Shown piece by piece: positions 19,941 through 29,795 of a stretch of 55,642 nt of DNA. The notes under the pieces were generated by a model, which saw nothing but the letters and a program-made list of their open reading frames with translations, ran no database searches and was not told where the DNA came from. Numbering within the stretch: the first letter of the stretch is position 1; each line of letters begins with the position of its first letter. The DNA comes from Promethearchaeota archaeon (GTDB taxonomy: Archaea; Asgardarchaeota; Lokiarchaeia; Sigyniarchaeales; SOKP01). The stretch spans positions 1-55,642 of the forward strand of contig JBHLMQ010000016.1 in the NCBI GenBank assembly GCA_048938005.1, written 5' to 3'. Made by a program: the position numbers and the translations under genes.

Positions 19941-21821
19941 TTGAGCGAAAGTTTAAATGGATATAATGGAAAAATTGCATATATAGATTTAGACAATCAA
20001 AAGATTAATATTAAAGATTTAGATGGTCTAATTGCAAAGCAGTATCTTGGAGGAACAGGATTAAGTGCTAAATTAACATATGATTTGTTATCTGATGATG
20101 ATTATGAAGTTTTAAAGAGTAATCCCTTTTCAGCTAAAAATCCATTAATTTTTGCTACTGGACCTATAACAGGAACAATTAGACCTTCTTCTGGTAGATA
20201 TTCTGTAACTGGAATTTCACCACTCACAGGAATTTGGGGGGAAGGGACTTCAGGTGGTTTTTTCTGTATCTCATTACGGAATAGCGGATTTGATGCTATA
20301 GTAATTACAGGAAAATCCAAGATTCCTATCTATTTATATATCCACGATGATACATTTGAATTTAAAGATGCAAGTAATTTATGGGGAAAAAACACATATG
20401 AAACTCAGGAATTGATTAAAAAAGATTTAAAAAACGATAAGGTAAAAGTTGCATGTATAGGACATGCTGGAGAGAACCTGGTAAAATATGCTGCTATTAT
20501 AAACGATGAAGGTCGTGCTCAGGGTAGATGTGGTTTGGGTGCTCTCATGGGATCAAAGAATTTAAAAGCAATTGCCATCCACGGAACTAATAAAGTTAAA
20601 ATAGCTGATCCTTATATTGGTAGAAAATTAATAAGGGAGGCAGAAGATGAAAAGAAAGGAGAACTACTTGCATCTACAACACCACTATTATATACTTTAT
20701 ATGGAACAAATTGTTATCTTGACATTGGAATGGCACTTGGAGATACTCCCGCATATTATTTTACTGAAACAGAATTTCCCGCTGAAAAATTAACGGGAAA
20801 AACTCTAAGAGAAGAATATCCTGTCTTAGATTATGGCTGTGCTGGCTGTACCTTGAGATGCGGTAAACAAACAATTATTGAGAATAATGGTGAAAAAATC
20901 AAGGTTGATGGTCCAGAGTATGAATCAGTTGCCGCTTTAGGACCTTTGTGTGGTCTTTTTAATTCTAAACAAGTAATATTAGCTAACCATCTCTGTAATG
21001 TTTATGGTATTGACACAATCTCCAGTGGAGTATGTATAGCATTTTTGATATATTTGGTCGAAAATAAAATTAATACTGATAACATAGAGCCATTATTGGA
21101 TGACATTAATCTTGAAGAGATAAAATGGGGTAATGGTGAATTAATATTAAAATTAATTGATAAGATTTCAAGAAAAGAAGGAATTGGTTTTTTACTTGCT
21201 GAAGGTGTACGATCAATTGCTAAAAAGCTTGGTGTTGATACAGAATTAGCTGCGCATGTTAAGGGTTTAGAAATGCCTATGCATGATCCAAGGGCTTTTG
21301 CAGGGCAGGCTTTAAGTTATATTACTTCTTGCGTAGGGGCAAATAATCAAAAATGTGATTGGTATAGTGTAGAAATAACATCTGTTTCCTATCCTGATTT
21401 ACGCGTTAAAATGGGTAATAGCAGACCTTTAATTAAGGGAAGAGAAAAAGGAGTTATTGCTTTACAGGATATAAGAGCTGTAGATGACTCTGCGGTTGAT
21501 TGTGATTTTGTTGGTCTTAGTTTAGAGCATATAATCGGTCATATAAATGCTGCTACAAGTTTCAATTATAACAAGAAATCGATATTAAAAGTTGGAGAAC
21601 GTATTAATAATCTTAAAAGATTAATAAATTGTAAATTAGGAATTACTAGGGAAGATGATAAATTACCAGGAATTTTAAAACAAGTTTTAAAATCGGGAAA
21701 AACAACTCATATAAAAATAGACTTGGAGGAAAATTTAAAAACATATTATAAGCATCGAGGTTGGGATTGGGAGACTGGTAAGCCTACTACTGAAAAATTA
21801 AAAGAACTTAATATAATTTAA
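19941..21821 (+). CDS. aor: aldehyde:ferredoxin oxidoreductase family protein, paralog 2
   Basis: SPLTG, GRCGLGALMGSKNLKA, CAGCTLRC, GPEYE, DTIS, KGLEMPMHDPR, YYKHRGWD; TTG start. Confidence 0.92.
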   Translation: MSESLNGYNGKIAYIDLDNQKINIKDLDGLIAKQYLGGTGLSAKLTYDLLSDDDYEVLKSNPFSAKNPLIFATGPITGTIRPSSGRYSVTGISPLTGIWGEGTSGGFFCISLRNSGFDAIVITGKSKIPIYLYIHDDTFEFKDASNLWGKNTYETQELIKKDLKNDKVKVACIGHAGENLVKYAAIINDEGRAQGRCGLGALMGSKNLKAIAIHGTNKVKIADPYIGRKLIREAEDEKKGELLASTTPLLYTLYGTNCYLDIGMALGDTPAYYFTETEFPAEKLTGKTLREEYPVLDYGCAGCTLRCGKQTIIENNGEKIKVDGPEYESVAALGPLCGLFNSKQVILANHLCNVYGIDTISSGVCIAFLIYLVENKINTDNIEPLLDDINLEEIKWGNGELILKLIDKISRKEGIGFLLAEGVRSIAKKLGVDTELAAHVKGLEMPMHDPRAFAGQALSYITSCVGANNQKCDWYSVEITSVSYPDLRVKMGNSRPLIKGREKGVIALQDIRAVDDSAVDCDFVGLSLEHIIGHINAATSFNYNKKSILKVGERINNLKRLINCKLGITREDDKLPGILKQVLKSGKTTHIKIDLEENLKTYYKHRGWDWETGKPTTEKLKELNII

Positions 21822-21911
21822 TTTATGTTTAGTTCTTCATATTCAAGTTCTTTCTCCAATAATTTATAATTTTATTTCTCCTATTAATACTAAATTCTAT
21901 TAAGAATTCAA

Positions 21912-22865
21912 TTGATTAATATGAATGTTAGCAACATTAAACGTATTTTAATTGTAGGAGCGGGTACAATGGGCCATTCTATTGCACAAATATATGCTCA
22001 AGCGGGGTATAATGTTGATTTAGTTGATTTAAATAATAAGATTTTAACTCATGCAATTAAATTAATTGAGTCAAACCTAAATATCCTCGTTGAATTTAAT
22101 AGATTAAATAGTAGAGAATTACCTAGTATTCTCAATCGAATTCATCTATCCACGAACCTACCTACTGTTGCTGAAAATGCTGATTTTGTAACTGAAGTTG
22201 TTAGTGAAATTCCCGAAGTGAAAAGAGATGTTTTTTTTCAATTAGATAAATACTGTTCTGATGATGTTATTTTAGCAAGCAATACTTCAACTTTAGATAT
22301 ATTTAATATTGTCAAAAAAATCAAGAGAATTAAACAGGTAATTACCCATCATTATTACGCACCACCTTATATAATTCCACTTGTCGAGGTTGCCCCAGGG
22401 AGAAAAACATCTAAGGAGGTTGTGGATTTTTCAATGGAATTAATGCAAAAAATTGGAAAACGACCATTATTGATGAAAAAATTTGCTCCTTCTTATATTG
22501 TAAATAAAATTCAGGGAGCTATCACTGGAGCAATGTATGAACTTATAACTAGAGGATTAGCAACACCAGAACAAATTGATATAGCAATAAAAAATACATT
22601 AGGTATCAGACTTCCGGTTGTAGGAGTAGTTCAATCCCAAGATTTTACAGGACTAGATTTATTGAATGACATTTTTAAGAATAGGGGTATAGAGGTTCCT
22701 TTTATTATTGAAAAAGTAGAAAAAGGACATTTCGGTGCAAAGTCAGGTAAGGGATTTTATGATTATGGTGGACTTAATGAGCAAGAAATTTTTAATAAAA
22801 GAGACAGATTATATCTCCAAATGTTAGATCATCTTGAAAAGATAAATGCCTTCGAACCTATATAA
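21912..22865 (+). CDS. 3-hydroxyacyl-CoA dehydrogenase family protein, paralog 2
   Basis: GAGTMG, ASNTS, HYYAPP..PLVEV, DFTGLD, GAKSGKGFYDY; true start may be the ATG at 21921. Confidence 0.9.
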   Translation: MINMNVSNIKRILIVGAGTMGHSIAQIYAQAGYNVDLVDLNNKILTHAIKLIESNLNILVEFNRLNSRELPSILNRIHLSTNLPTVAENADFVTEVVSEIPEVKRDVFFQLDKYCSDDVILASNTSTLDIFNIVKKIKRIKQVITHHYYAPPYIIPLVEVAPGRKTSKEVVDFSMELMQKIGKRPLLMKKFAPSYIVNKIQGAITGAMYELITRGLATPEQIDIAIKNTLGIRLPVVGVVQSQDFTGLDLLNDIFKNRGIEVPFIIEKVEKGHFGAKSGKGFYDYGGLNEQEIFNKRDRLYLQMLDHLEKINAFEPI

Positions 22866-22870
22866 CGATT

Positions 22871-24004
22871 TTATATTAAATTATTTTCAAGAGTAAGTAA
22901 AATTTCTTCTCTAACTGAACCATCACTATTAGAAAGAAAATCTTCCAAGACATCCTTAGATTCTTCACCACCAATCCGTCCTAAGGCCCAAACTATCATT
23001 CTTTTAACTCTTTCGTCTATATTATCTTCAAATGCCTTAACTAATTCAGGGATGTATTTAGGATCAAGTGAATTTCCCATAGCTCGAGCAACATTCATTT
23101 TCCATCTCCAAAGATCCTTATATGAGGCATTGTCCGACATATAGAACATATGTGGCCAAATTTTTATTTTATAATGTTCTCTATCCATATGAAGCAATTT
23201 GATTAGTTCAAAATCTTTAGCTTTAGCAACAACTCTTTTATTAAGAGGTAATTTTTGTGAAAGCCAAGCTCTATTACGAGGGCAAACTTCTTGACAGCGA
23301 TCACAGCCATAGACCCATGTTCCCATAGGTTCACGGAGTTCCATTGGAGTAATTTCTTCTCCATAATATGAAAGATATGAGATACACTTTCGAGGGTCGA
23401 TATTACGAGGACCTCGAAGCGCTCCTGTGGGACATGAGGCAATACATGTGTTTTTACACCAAGAAGGGCAACCAACTTCAATAGTAGGGTCATCAGGAAT
23501 AAATTCAAAATTAACAACTATAGGTATTGGCACAATCCAAGAACTTCGAAGGGCTGCTTTCCGTGAATATAAAAAATTATTCTTTCCAAAAGTGCCTAAA
23601 CCTGCTCTTGCTGCAGTTAATCGGTGAGGAATGTTGAATGGTGCTCTTGAACTAATACCATTATCTCTTAAGAAACCACGAAAGGTCTTGATTCTTTGAT
23701 ACAATTGTCCTTTAGTATTTCTGTCATCATCCAAATAAGCGCGACCGAAATGACCTTCAAGATAATTTGGGTATGATTCTTTAAAATAAACATCAATCAG
23801 AACGATTATAGATTTAGCATCTGGCATAATATTTTTGGGATCTAATCCTTTAGTGAGGTCTAACTCTTTTTCTGCTGCCCAAGCATATTCTTCCTTCCTT
23901 GATAATAAAATTTCTCTTTGAGTAGGAAAAGGTTCAGCAGTCGTAAAGCCGATATCTTCAAAACCCAAAACAAGAGCTTTATTAATTACTTCATCTTTAA
24001 ACAT
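22871..24004 (-). CDS. epoxyqueuosine reductase (QueG)-like cobalamin/4Fe-4S protein with C-terminal HEAT-like repeat
   Basis: DP...MPDAKSII, AARAGLGTFGKN, CPSWCKNTCIASCPTGAL, CISY, GCDRCQEVCP, N.ARAMGN, WALGRIG. Confidence 0.82.
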   Translation of the reverse strand: MFKDEVINKALVLGFEDIGFTTAEPFPTQREILLSRKEEYAWAAEKELDLTKGLDPKNIMPDAKSIIVLIDVYFKESYPNYLEGHFGRAYLDDDRNTKGQLYQRIKTFRGFLRDNGISSRAPFNIPHRLTAARAGLGTFGKNNFLYSRKAALRSSWIVPIPIVVNFEFIPDDPTIEVGCPSWCKNTCIASCPTGALRGPRNIDPRKCISYLSYYGEEITPMELREPMGTWVYGCDRCQEVCPRNRAWLSQKLPLNKRVVAKAKDFELIKLLHMDREHYKIKIWPHMFYMSDNASYKDLWRWKMNVARAMGNSLDPKYIPELVKAFEDNIDERVKRMIVWALGRIGGEESKDVLEDFLSNSDGSVREEILLTLENNLI

Positions 24005-24145
24005 TTAATTATAAAACCTCTTAATAATCAAGTCTCCCTTAATTTCCTTTTTCAGAAAATTAGTTAGTGAATATAATTAATTAGAATAAATGAATATTGA
24101 TTTTATAATTTGAGTTTATACTAATACTCTGTGCTTAACTAAAAA

Positions 24146-25252
24146 TTAACATTCAATTTTAAGAACTAATTCTTCTTTATAACCAATTATTACCTTAGTA
24201 AATCCTTTTAATGTATTATCAACTTCAATATTTCCTGTGTCAACCCTCAAGCAATCCAGTTCTCTCATTTTTTGCTCTGTTGCTATGATTTTTATATTCT
24301 TCTTACCAATTCTTTTAAGGATTTTAGAAGTGAATTGTTTATTTCCCCTGCCAAAGATAAATCCTTGGCCACCTATTGGTGAAACTATAACATTTACCTT
24401 GGAATATTTTTCTAATAGCTCAAGAATACCTTGTTCATTTACATCTTTACCAATATTCTTTTTATTATAAATAGCATCTATTCCAAGAAGGGTTTTCGGC
24501 AATCTTAAATTATCTGTAATAGTTTTCACTGTTGTTCCTGGTCCTAATAAATACAAAATATCATTTTCCATGTTTTCAATAATAAATTGTGCGATTTCTT
24601 GCTTATTTTCCTGTACAGTTTTCCCTAATTTTGAACCAGATTTACTTGATTGTATTAAACTTAAGATTTTTGGTACTTTTAAATATCCATATAATCTCGA
24701 TTCTAATATATCTTCACGTACTAAATCCTCATTAATATCTAGAACTTCTTGTTCTTGAGTTTCAACAGTCTCCTCGAGAAATTTATCAATAATTTGAGCA
24801 GCAGCTCTAGGATTAAGAGCAAAGACAGAGCTAAACATTTTTACTCCGGCTGGTAATGCAACCACAGGCTTTTTTAATCCAATTGCATCATAGATATCTC
24901 GTGCTGTCCCATCTCCTCCACAAAATACCAATAGTTCAATTGTTTTATTAATCATTTCTTTTGCAATGTTTTTAGTATCTTCTGAGCTTGTGTGCTCGCT
25001 AATTTCACCGATAATTTCAAAATTAAAACCTTTGTTTTTAATGTAATCTTCCCCCATTATGCTAGGTGCCACAAGAAAAAAAATGTCTTCCTTTCTTTTT
25101 ATTTGAGATAATAATTCATTTAATCTCTGTGGCGAAACGGGAGTAGCACCCATTCTTATAGCTTCTTGGAGAATATTTCCATCCGTTCCTTTAAGTCCTA
25201 CACTACCACCCATTCCTGCAATTGGATTTACAATTAGCCCAATTTTTTTCAT
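24146..25252 (-). CDS. ATP-NAD kinase-like / AcoX-like protein (COG3199)
   Basis: IGLIVNPIAGMGGSVGLKGTDG, GGDGTARD, PAGVKMFSSVF, IGGQGFIFGRGNKQ, LRVDTG. Confidence 0.85.
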   Translation of the reverse strand: MKKIGLIVNPIAGMGGSVGLKGTDGNILQEAIRMGATPVSPQRLNELLSQIKRKEDIFFLVAPSIMGEDYIKNKGFNFEIIGEISEHTSSEDTKNIAKEMINKTIELLVFCGGDGTARDIYDAIGLKKPVVALPAGVKMFSSVFALNPRAAAQIIDKFLEETVETQEQEVLDINEDLVREDILESRLYGYLKVPKILSLIQSSKSGSKLGKTVQENKQEIAQFIIENMENDILYLLGPGTTVKTITDNLRLPKTLLGIDAIYNKKNIGKDVNEQGILELLEKYSKVNVIVSPIGGQGFIFGRGNKQFTSKILKRIGKKNIKIIATEQKMRELDCLRVDTGNIEVDNTLKGFTKVIIGYKEELVLKIEC

Positions 25253-25326
25253 TTCAATATAATATGCTTATTCAAATTTATTTTTATACTAAATAAAAAA
25301 GAAGTAAAAATTGTAATTATATCTTT

Positions 25327-26340
25327 TTAAGGCTCTACAAGGATTTTAATATCTTTTGTTTCAGGATCTATTCCTGCTTTAAATCCTTCTTCAACAATAT
25401 CATCTAAAGAAATTATTTTTGTGACAATTGGTTCTGGATCAATATGTTTTTTGGCAACTAAATCTATTGCATATTCGAAATCTTTTCTAGTATAGCTCCA
25501 AATCCCTTGAATTCGTATTTGATGCCAAACATATTTGAATAGGTTGATTTCGATCGGCTTATCCCAAATACCAATCTGAACAACAGTTCCTCCTTTTTTT
25601 ACGATACTAAGAGCTGCATCTACTACTGCCGGATAACCAGTACATTCAAATGCAAAATCTACACCCCCAAAATCTCGTTTCGGAATCCTTTTAATTTTTG
25701 CTAAAGCTAATTTACTCAGAGCTAAATCAGGATTAAATTTTTTTGCAATATTTAATCTATAAGGATTTTTTTCAACAACAGTAATTGTCTTAGCTCCCAC
25801 AACTTTTAGATACTGAAGAAAAAACTGACCCATTGTACCAAGTCCTAAAATAGCAGTATGGCTTCCAGGTATATAATTAGATTCCCGCAATGCTAGAGGC
25901 GTAGTCGCGATTTGATCAAAAACCGTACTATGTTTATCTGGTATTCTTTCTGGAATTCTATAGAGTTGGTCTTGTTTAGCTATAACATACTCCGCATAAC
26001 CACCATCTTGTCCGAGACCTATAGAATCTTCATAAATGCACAAATTTGATTGCCCTTTTCGACAAAAATGACAATGATCACAGCTGATGATTGGAAATAT
26101 TGTTACACGATCGCCAATTTTCCATTCTTTTACATCATGACCAACCTCCGCTATATATCCTATAATTTCATGACCTAATACTACTTTTGCAGGGAGTAAT
26201 CCAGTTTTATATATTTCTAAATCTGAACCACATATTCCAGTATATTTTACTTGAACTAATACTTCATTCTTTTGAGGAACAGGTTTAGGTATATCTATAA
26301 TTGATATTCTTTCTTTTCCTTCATACTTCGCTGCTTTCAT
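25327..26340 (-). CDS. Zn-dependent MDR alcohol dehydrogenase (2,3-butanediol/polyol dehydrogenase-like)
   Basis: GICGSD, GHE, structural Zn CDHCHFC...NLC, GGYAEY, GLGTMG, FECTG, KILVEP. Confidence 0.88.
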   Translation of the reverse strand: MKAAKYEGKERISIIDIPKPVPQKNEVLVQVKYTGICGSDLEIYKTGLLPAKVVLGHEIIGYIAEVGHDVKEWKIGDRVTIFPIISCDHCHFCRKGQSNLCIYEDSIGLGQDGGYAEYVIAKQDQLYRIPERIPDKHSTVFDQIATTPLALRESNYIPGSHTAILGLGTMGQFFLQYLKVVGAKTITVVEKNPYRLNIAKKFNPDLALSKLALAKIKRIPKRDFGGVDFAFECTGYPAVVDAALSIVKKGGTVVQIGIWDKPIEINLFKYVWHQIRIQGIWSYTRKDFEYAIDLVAKKHIDPEPIVTKIISLDDIVEEGFKAGIDPETKDIKILVEP

Positions 26341-26392
26341 TTAATTCATCTCCCTTGCGATATCATTTTCTTCTTTTTAGTAGTATAATAAA

Positions 26393-28186
26393 CTAATTCT
26401 TAGTTGGTGGGATCTCAACAATAATTTCCGCTTTTTTCTTAACTTTTCGTTCCCAACTATCTGGATTATACCCTTCTTTGGCAAGATAATCAAATACCGT
26501 ATTCACCTTTGGATTAATCCTAACATCAATCACAGCAGGAAGGCCAGAATCAAAAGCACGTTGCAAAGCAGGGCGAATTTCATTTGGGTCAGTGATTAAT
26601 TCACCATAACAATTAAAGGCTTGAGCATATTTATCATAACGAGTTTCATCAGTTAATGAGGTACCTAAACCAAAAAATTTCTTTCCATGTGATACTTTTT
26701 GTCTTCTTGCGACTAATCCCCAAAGTCTATCATTACTAATAACAACCACAAATGGTAAATTATATCTACGGGCAGTTTCTAGTTCTTTTCCATTAAATAA
26801 GAATGAACCATCACCAGTTAAAACTAGAACTTTCTTTTCAGGATACACATACTTAGCAGCAATAGCCATTGGTACACCCCCTCCGAGGTGCTGGATGCCT
26901 AAACCACCGGAAAAATAGAGTGATTTAGGTAAATGCCCCCTTAAATACGTAAGTCCCCATACTGTTGTGTCTGCGCCATCTAAAATAATAATTCCATCAT
27001 TAGGCATAAAATCACGAATTTCTTTAACTAACCGTTGAGGTTGAATTGGGATTTTATCTGAAGATCCTTCTCTCTCAAGACGTGCTTCAAAGTTTTTCAA
27101 ATATTGTTGAATAGTTTTAACCCAGGGTGTTTCTATTCTTGGTTTTTGTAGTTTATCTTTCATAATTTGAATTAATTGGGTTAGAACACCTTTAACATCA
27201 CCTACAATCGGTATGTCAATAGCACGATTTCTCCCAATTTCTTCTGCTTTTATGTCTACTTGGATAAGTTTTGCCTCATCTGAAAAATAAGGCATATATC
27301 CAAAATTCATTAATTCAGAAATTCTCGAACCTAATATTAACGCTACATCAACCTTTTGAAGTAATGCTGTTCCTGGACCATCTAATGGATTTGCGAGTCC
27401 AAAATATAGTGGATTATCGGGAGGAATTTCTCCTAAACCAAAACCCCACGTTCCTACAGGTATTTTTGTCAATTCAGAAAATTTTAAAAGTTCTAAAGAT
27501 GCATCTGAAAAAGCAGCACCCGTTCCTGCTATAATTAAAGGTCGTTGGGCTTTAAGAAGTAAGTCAGCCGCTTTGGACACAAGTTCACTATTACCATAGG
27601 GACCATAAAACGCCCTTAATTTCTGAACTGGTTCAAAAGCTCGTTGTACAATATCTAATTCATCATCGCACCCCTTTATTAAAATATCAAAAGGAATAAG
27701 AAGAAGAACTGGACCAGGACGACCAGTTGTAGCAATTCTAAAAGCCATATTTATATATTCTGGTATTCGAGCTGTTTCATAGCAATATCCACTCCATTTT
27801 GTTACAGGACGAAAGGATGGAACAACATCAATTTCATTCTGAGCTAGCTTTTCAAAATCCATGAGTGCGGTACTTGTACAAATAGCTACAAGAGGAATAC
27901 TTGCATCATAAGCAATTGGAATTGAAGGGAATAAATCCGTAATTCCCGGCCCAGATTGAACTGAACACACTCCTACTTCACCAGTAGCTAGAAAATATCC
28001 CATAGCAGCATGTCCGGTAGCCTGTTCATGCCGGAAATCAATAATGTCTATTCCAGTTTCAGTACAAGATGGATCTTGACAATAATGATAAATTAAGCGA
28101 TTGTCTCCGCAAAGAGTAAAAATAATTCTAACTCCTTGATTATCTAACGCACGTACTATTAATTGAGCTCCATTAACTTTTACCAT
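26393..28186 (-). CDS. thiamine diphosphate-dependent enzyme (acetolactate synthase / 2-hydroxyacyl-CoA lyase-like)
   Basis: RHEQ, GPG, GRPGPV, GDGSF...NDRLWG; the ATG at 28186 is preceded by GGAGGT. Confidence 0.9.
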   Translation of the reverse strand: MVKVNGAQLIVRALDNQGVRIIFTLCGDNRLIYHYCQDPSCTETGIDIIDFRHEQATGHAAMGYFLATGEVGVCSVQSGPGITDLFPSIPIAYDASIPLVAICTSTALMDFEKLAQNEIDVVPSFRPVTKWSGYCYETARIPEYINMAFRIATTGRPGPVLLLIPFDILIKGCDDELDIVQRAFEPVQKLRAFYGPYGNSELVSKAADLLLKAQRPLIIAGTGAAFSDASLELLKFSELTKIPVGTWGFGLGEIPPDNPLYFGLANPLDGPGTALLQKVDVALILGSRISELMNFGYMPYFSDEAKLIQVDIKAEEIGRNRAIDIPIVGDVKGVLTQLIQIMKDKLQKPRIETPWVKTIQQYLKNFEARLEREGSSDKIPIQPQRLVKEIRDFMPNDGIIILDGADTTVWGLTYLRGHLPKSLYFSGGLGIQHLGGGVPMAIAAKYVYPEKKVLVLTGDGSFLFNGKELETARRYNLPFVVVISNDRLWGLVARRQKVSHGKKFFGLGTSLTDETRYDKYAQAFNCYGELITDPNEIRPALQRAFDSGLPAVIDVRINPKVNTVFDYLAKEGYNPDSWERKVKKKAEIIVEIPPTKN

Positions 28187-28303
28187 TACTTTTACCTCCA
28201 AAAATTTAATTGTTTTATTTTAGTTGTATAGTTATAAATTTAGATTTTTGCTTTTATAAAATCTAGCTTTAATATTCCTTAAAAAATAGAAAATAAAAAA
28301 AAT

Positions 28304-28711
28304 TTAGAGATTTATAAAACTAAATATCATGTATAATGGGCCGAATATTGCACATAGAATATTAATCACTATTTCTCCTATATTGTCTTTTCTCTTATCT
28401 TTTTTATAATTTCCTTGTTGTATATTAAAAGAGAAATCCATTAGAAAGAGGAATAGCATCGCACTTCCCCCTGCTATTGAGAAAAAGACCCAAATCTGTT
28501 GATTCATAAATAAACTAATGCCAGAAATAAAATAACAAGTAGCTACCCAACATATATCTGGTAATACAAAGGATTTTTCAAAGACAAGATACACTTCGGT
28601 TCTTTCTGGATTTTTGTTCTCAACTAGAAAAAAATATATCCAAAAGGCAATAATACCAAATCCCCATATTATTTGAGTAATTGCTATAAAAATATCAAAC
28701 ATCCTATTCAC
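28304..28711 (-). CDS. small 4-TM hypothetical membrane protein
   Basis: Four hydrophobic segments, FE.SF.LPD motif; co-oriented with its neighbours. Confidence 0.7.
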   Translation of the reverse strand: MNRMFDIFIAITQIIWGFGIIAFWIYFFLVENKNPERTEVYLVFEKSFVLPDICWVATCYFISGISLFMNQQIWVFFSIAGGSAMLFLFLMDFSFNIQQGNYKKDKRKDNIGEIVINILCAIFGPLYMIFSFINL

Positions 28712-28798
28712 TCTATTAGAAAATTTTTTTTTTAAATTATAAGAAGATTCTATTAACTATAAATAACTCCAGTTTTTCTAAAATTCTTTAATTTCAAC

Positions 28799-28812
28799 AA
28801 AAAAAAAAAAAA
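28799..28812 (-). terminator. oligo-T archaeal terminator (T14 on minus strand) after the SDR gene
   Basis: A14 run on the plus strand 6 nt beyond the SDR stop codon. Confidence 0.55.
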
Positions 28813-28818
28813 TATGAA

Positions 28819-29631
28819 TTAAATATCAGTTTTCAAATAATTTGCTGGGACACCAACATCAGCAATACCTCCATCAACCACAAAATTATGCCCAGTTATA
28901 AAATTAGATGCTGGTGAAGCTAAGAATAATGCTACATTAACAATATCTTCCACAGTACCTACTCGATTTAAGGGAGTTTTAACATTGCCGGTCTTCATAG
29001 TTTGAATCATTACATCTTCATTATTTCCATAAAATCTAGTTGGATGATAACCAGGAGAAATACAATTCACAGCTATTTTAGGAGCTAGTTCCTTTGCAAA
29101 TACTTGCATTAAAGCAATTACGGCAGTTTTACTGATACTATAAACTGGGACTGTCGTTTCAACAGAAATTCCAAAGTCTGAAGATGTATGAATAACTTTT
29201 CCCGCTAACGGCTCAAATGGTTGTCTTCTCATATTGCGACAAATAAATTTTGATACTAACCATTGTCCCTTAAGATTTACATCCATAGTTATATCCCAAG
29301 TCTTTTCAGCAACTACAAGAATATTTTTTCCATACCCAGGAGATATCCCCGCATTATTAAATAGGACAAATATATTATCAAGTTCTTCAAATGCTTGTTT
29401 TGCCATATTTTTAACGTTAGTAGCTTGTGATACATCACATATAATAGGCACCACTTTTTGTTTTGTTTCAGCTTCAATTTTTTTCGAAGTCTCTTCTAAT
29501 AATTCTTCATTAATATCAACTAATACTAAATCAGCACCTCTCTTTGCAAATTCAAGTGCCACACCTCTCCCAAAACCAGAAGCTCCACCAGTTATAAGAG
29601 CTCCTTTCCCTTCCAAAAATTTTTCTACCAT
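28819..29631 (-). CDS. short-chain dehydrogenase/reductase (NAD-preferring)
   Basis: TGGASGFG, Asp after beta2, NNAG, YSISK, NCISPG, ITG...VDGG; GGAGGTGA Shine-Dalgarno upstream. Confidence 0.92.
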   Translation of the reverse strand: MVEKFLEGKGALITGGASGFGRGVALEFAKRGADLVLVDINEELLEETSKKIEAETKQKVVPIICDVSQATNVKNMAKQAFEELDNIFVLFNNAGISPGYGKNILVVAEKTWDITMDVNLKGQWLVSKFICRNMRRQPFEPLAGKVIHTSSDFGISVETTVPVYSISKTAVIALMQVFAKELAPKIAVNCISPGYHPTRFYGNNEDVMIQTMKTGNVKTPLNRVGTVEDIVNVALFLASPASNFITGHNFVVDGGIADVGVPANYLKTDI

Positions 29632-29795
29632 TATATTTTCACCTCCAACATTACGAATTAACTCTATTCTATGATATTATTTCTCTTTTTTCTATTTAAA
29701 ATTTTAATAAGGTACTATAAAACCAATTCAAAAGCAAAACTTTAATTATTATATCGGTATTAAAAAATAATATAGAAATACTATGTGAATCAAAT

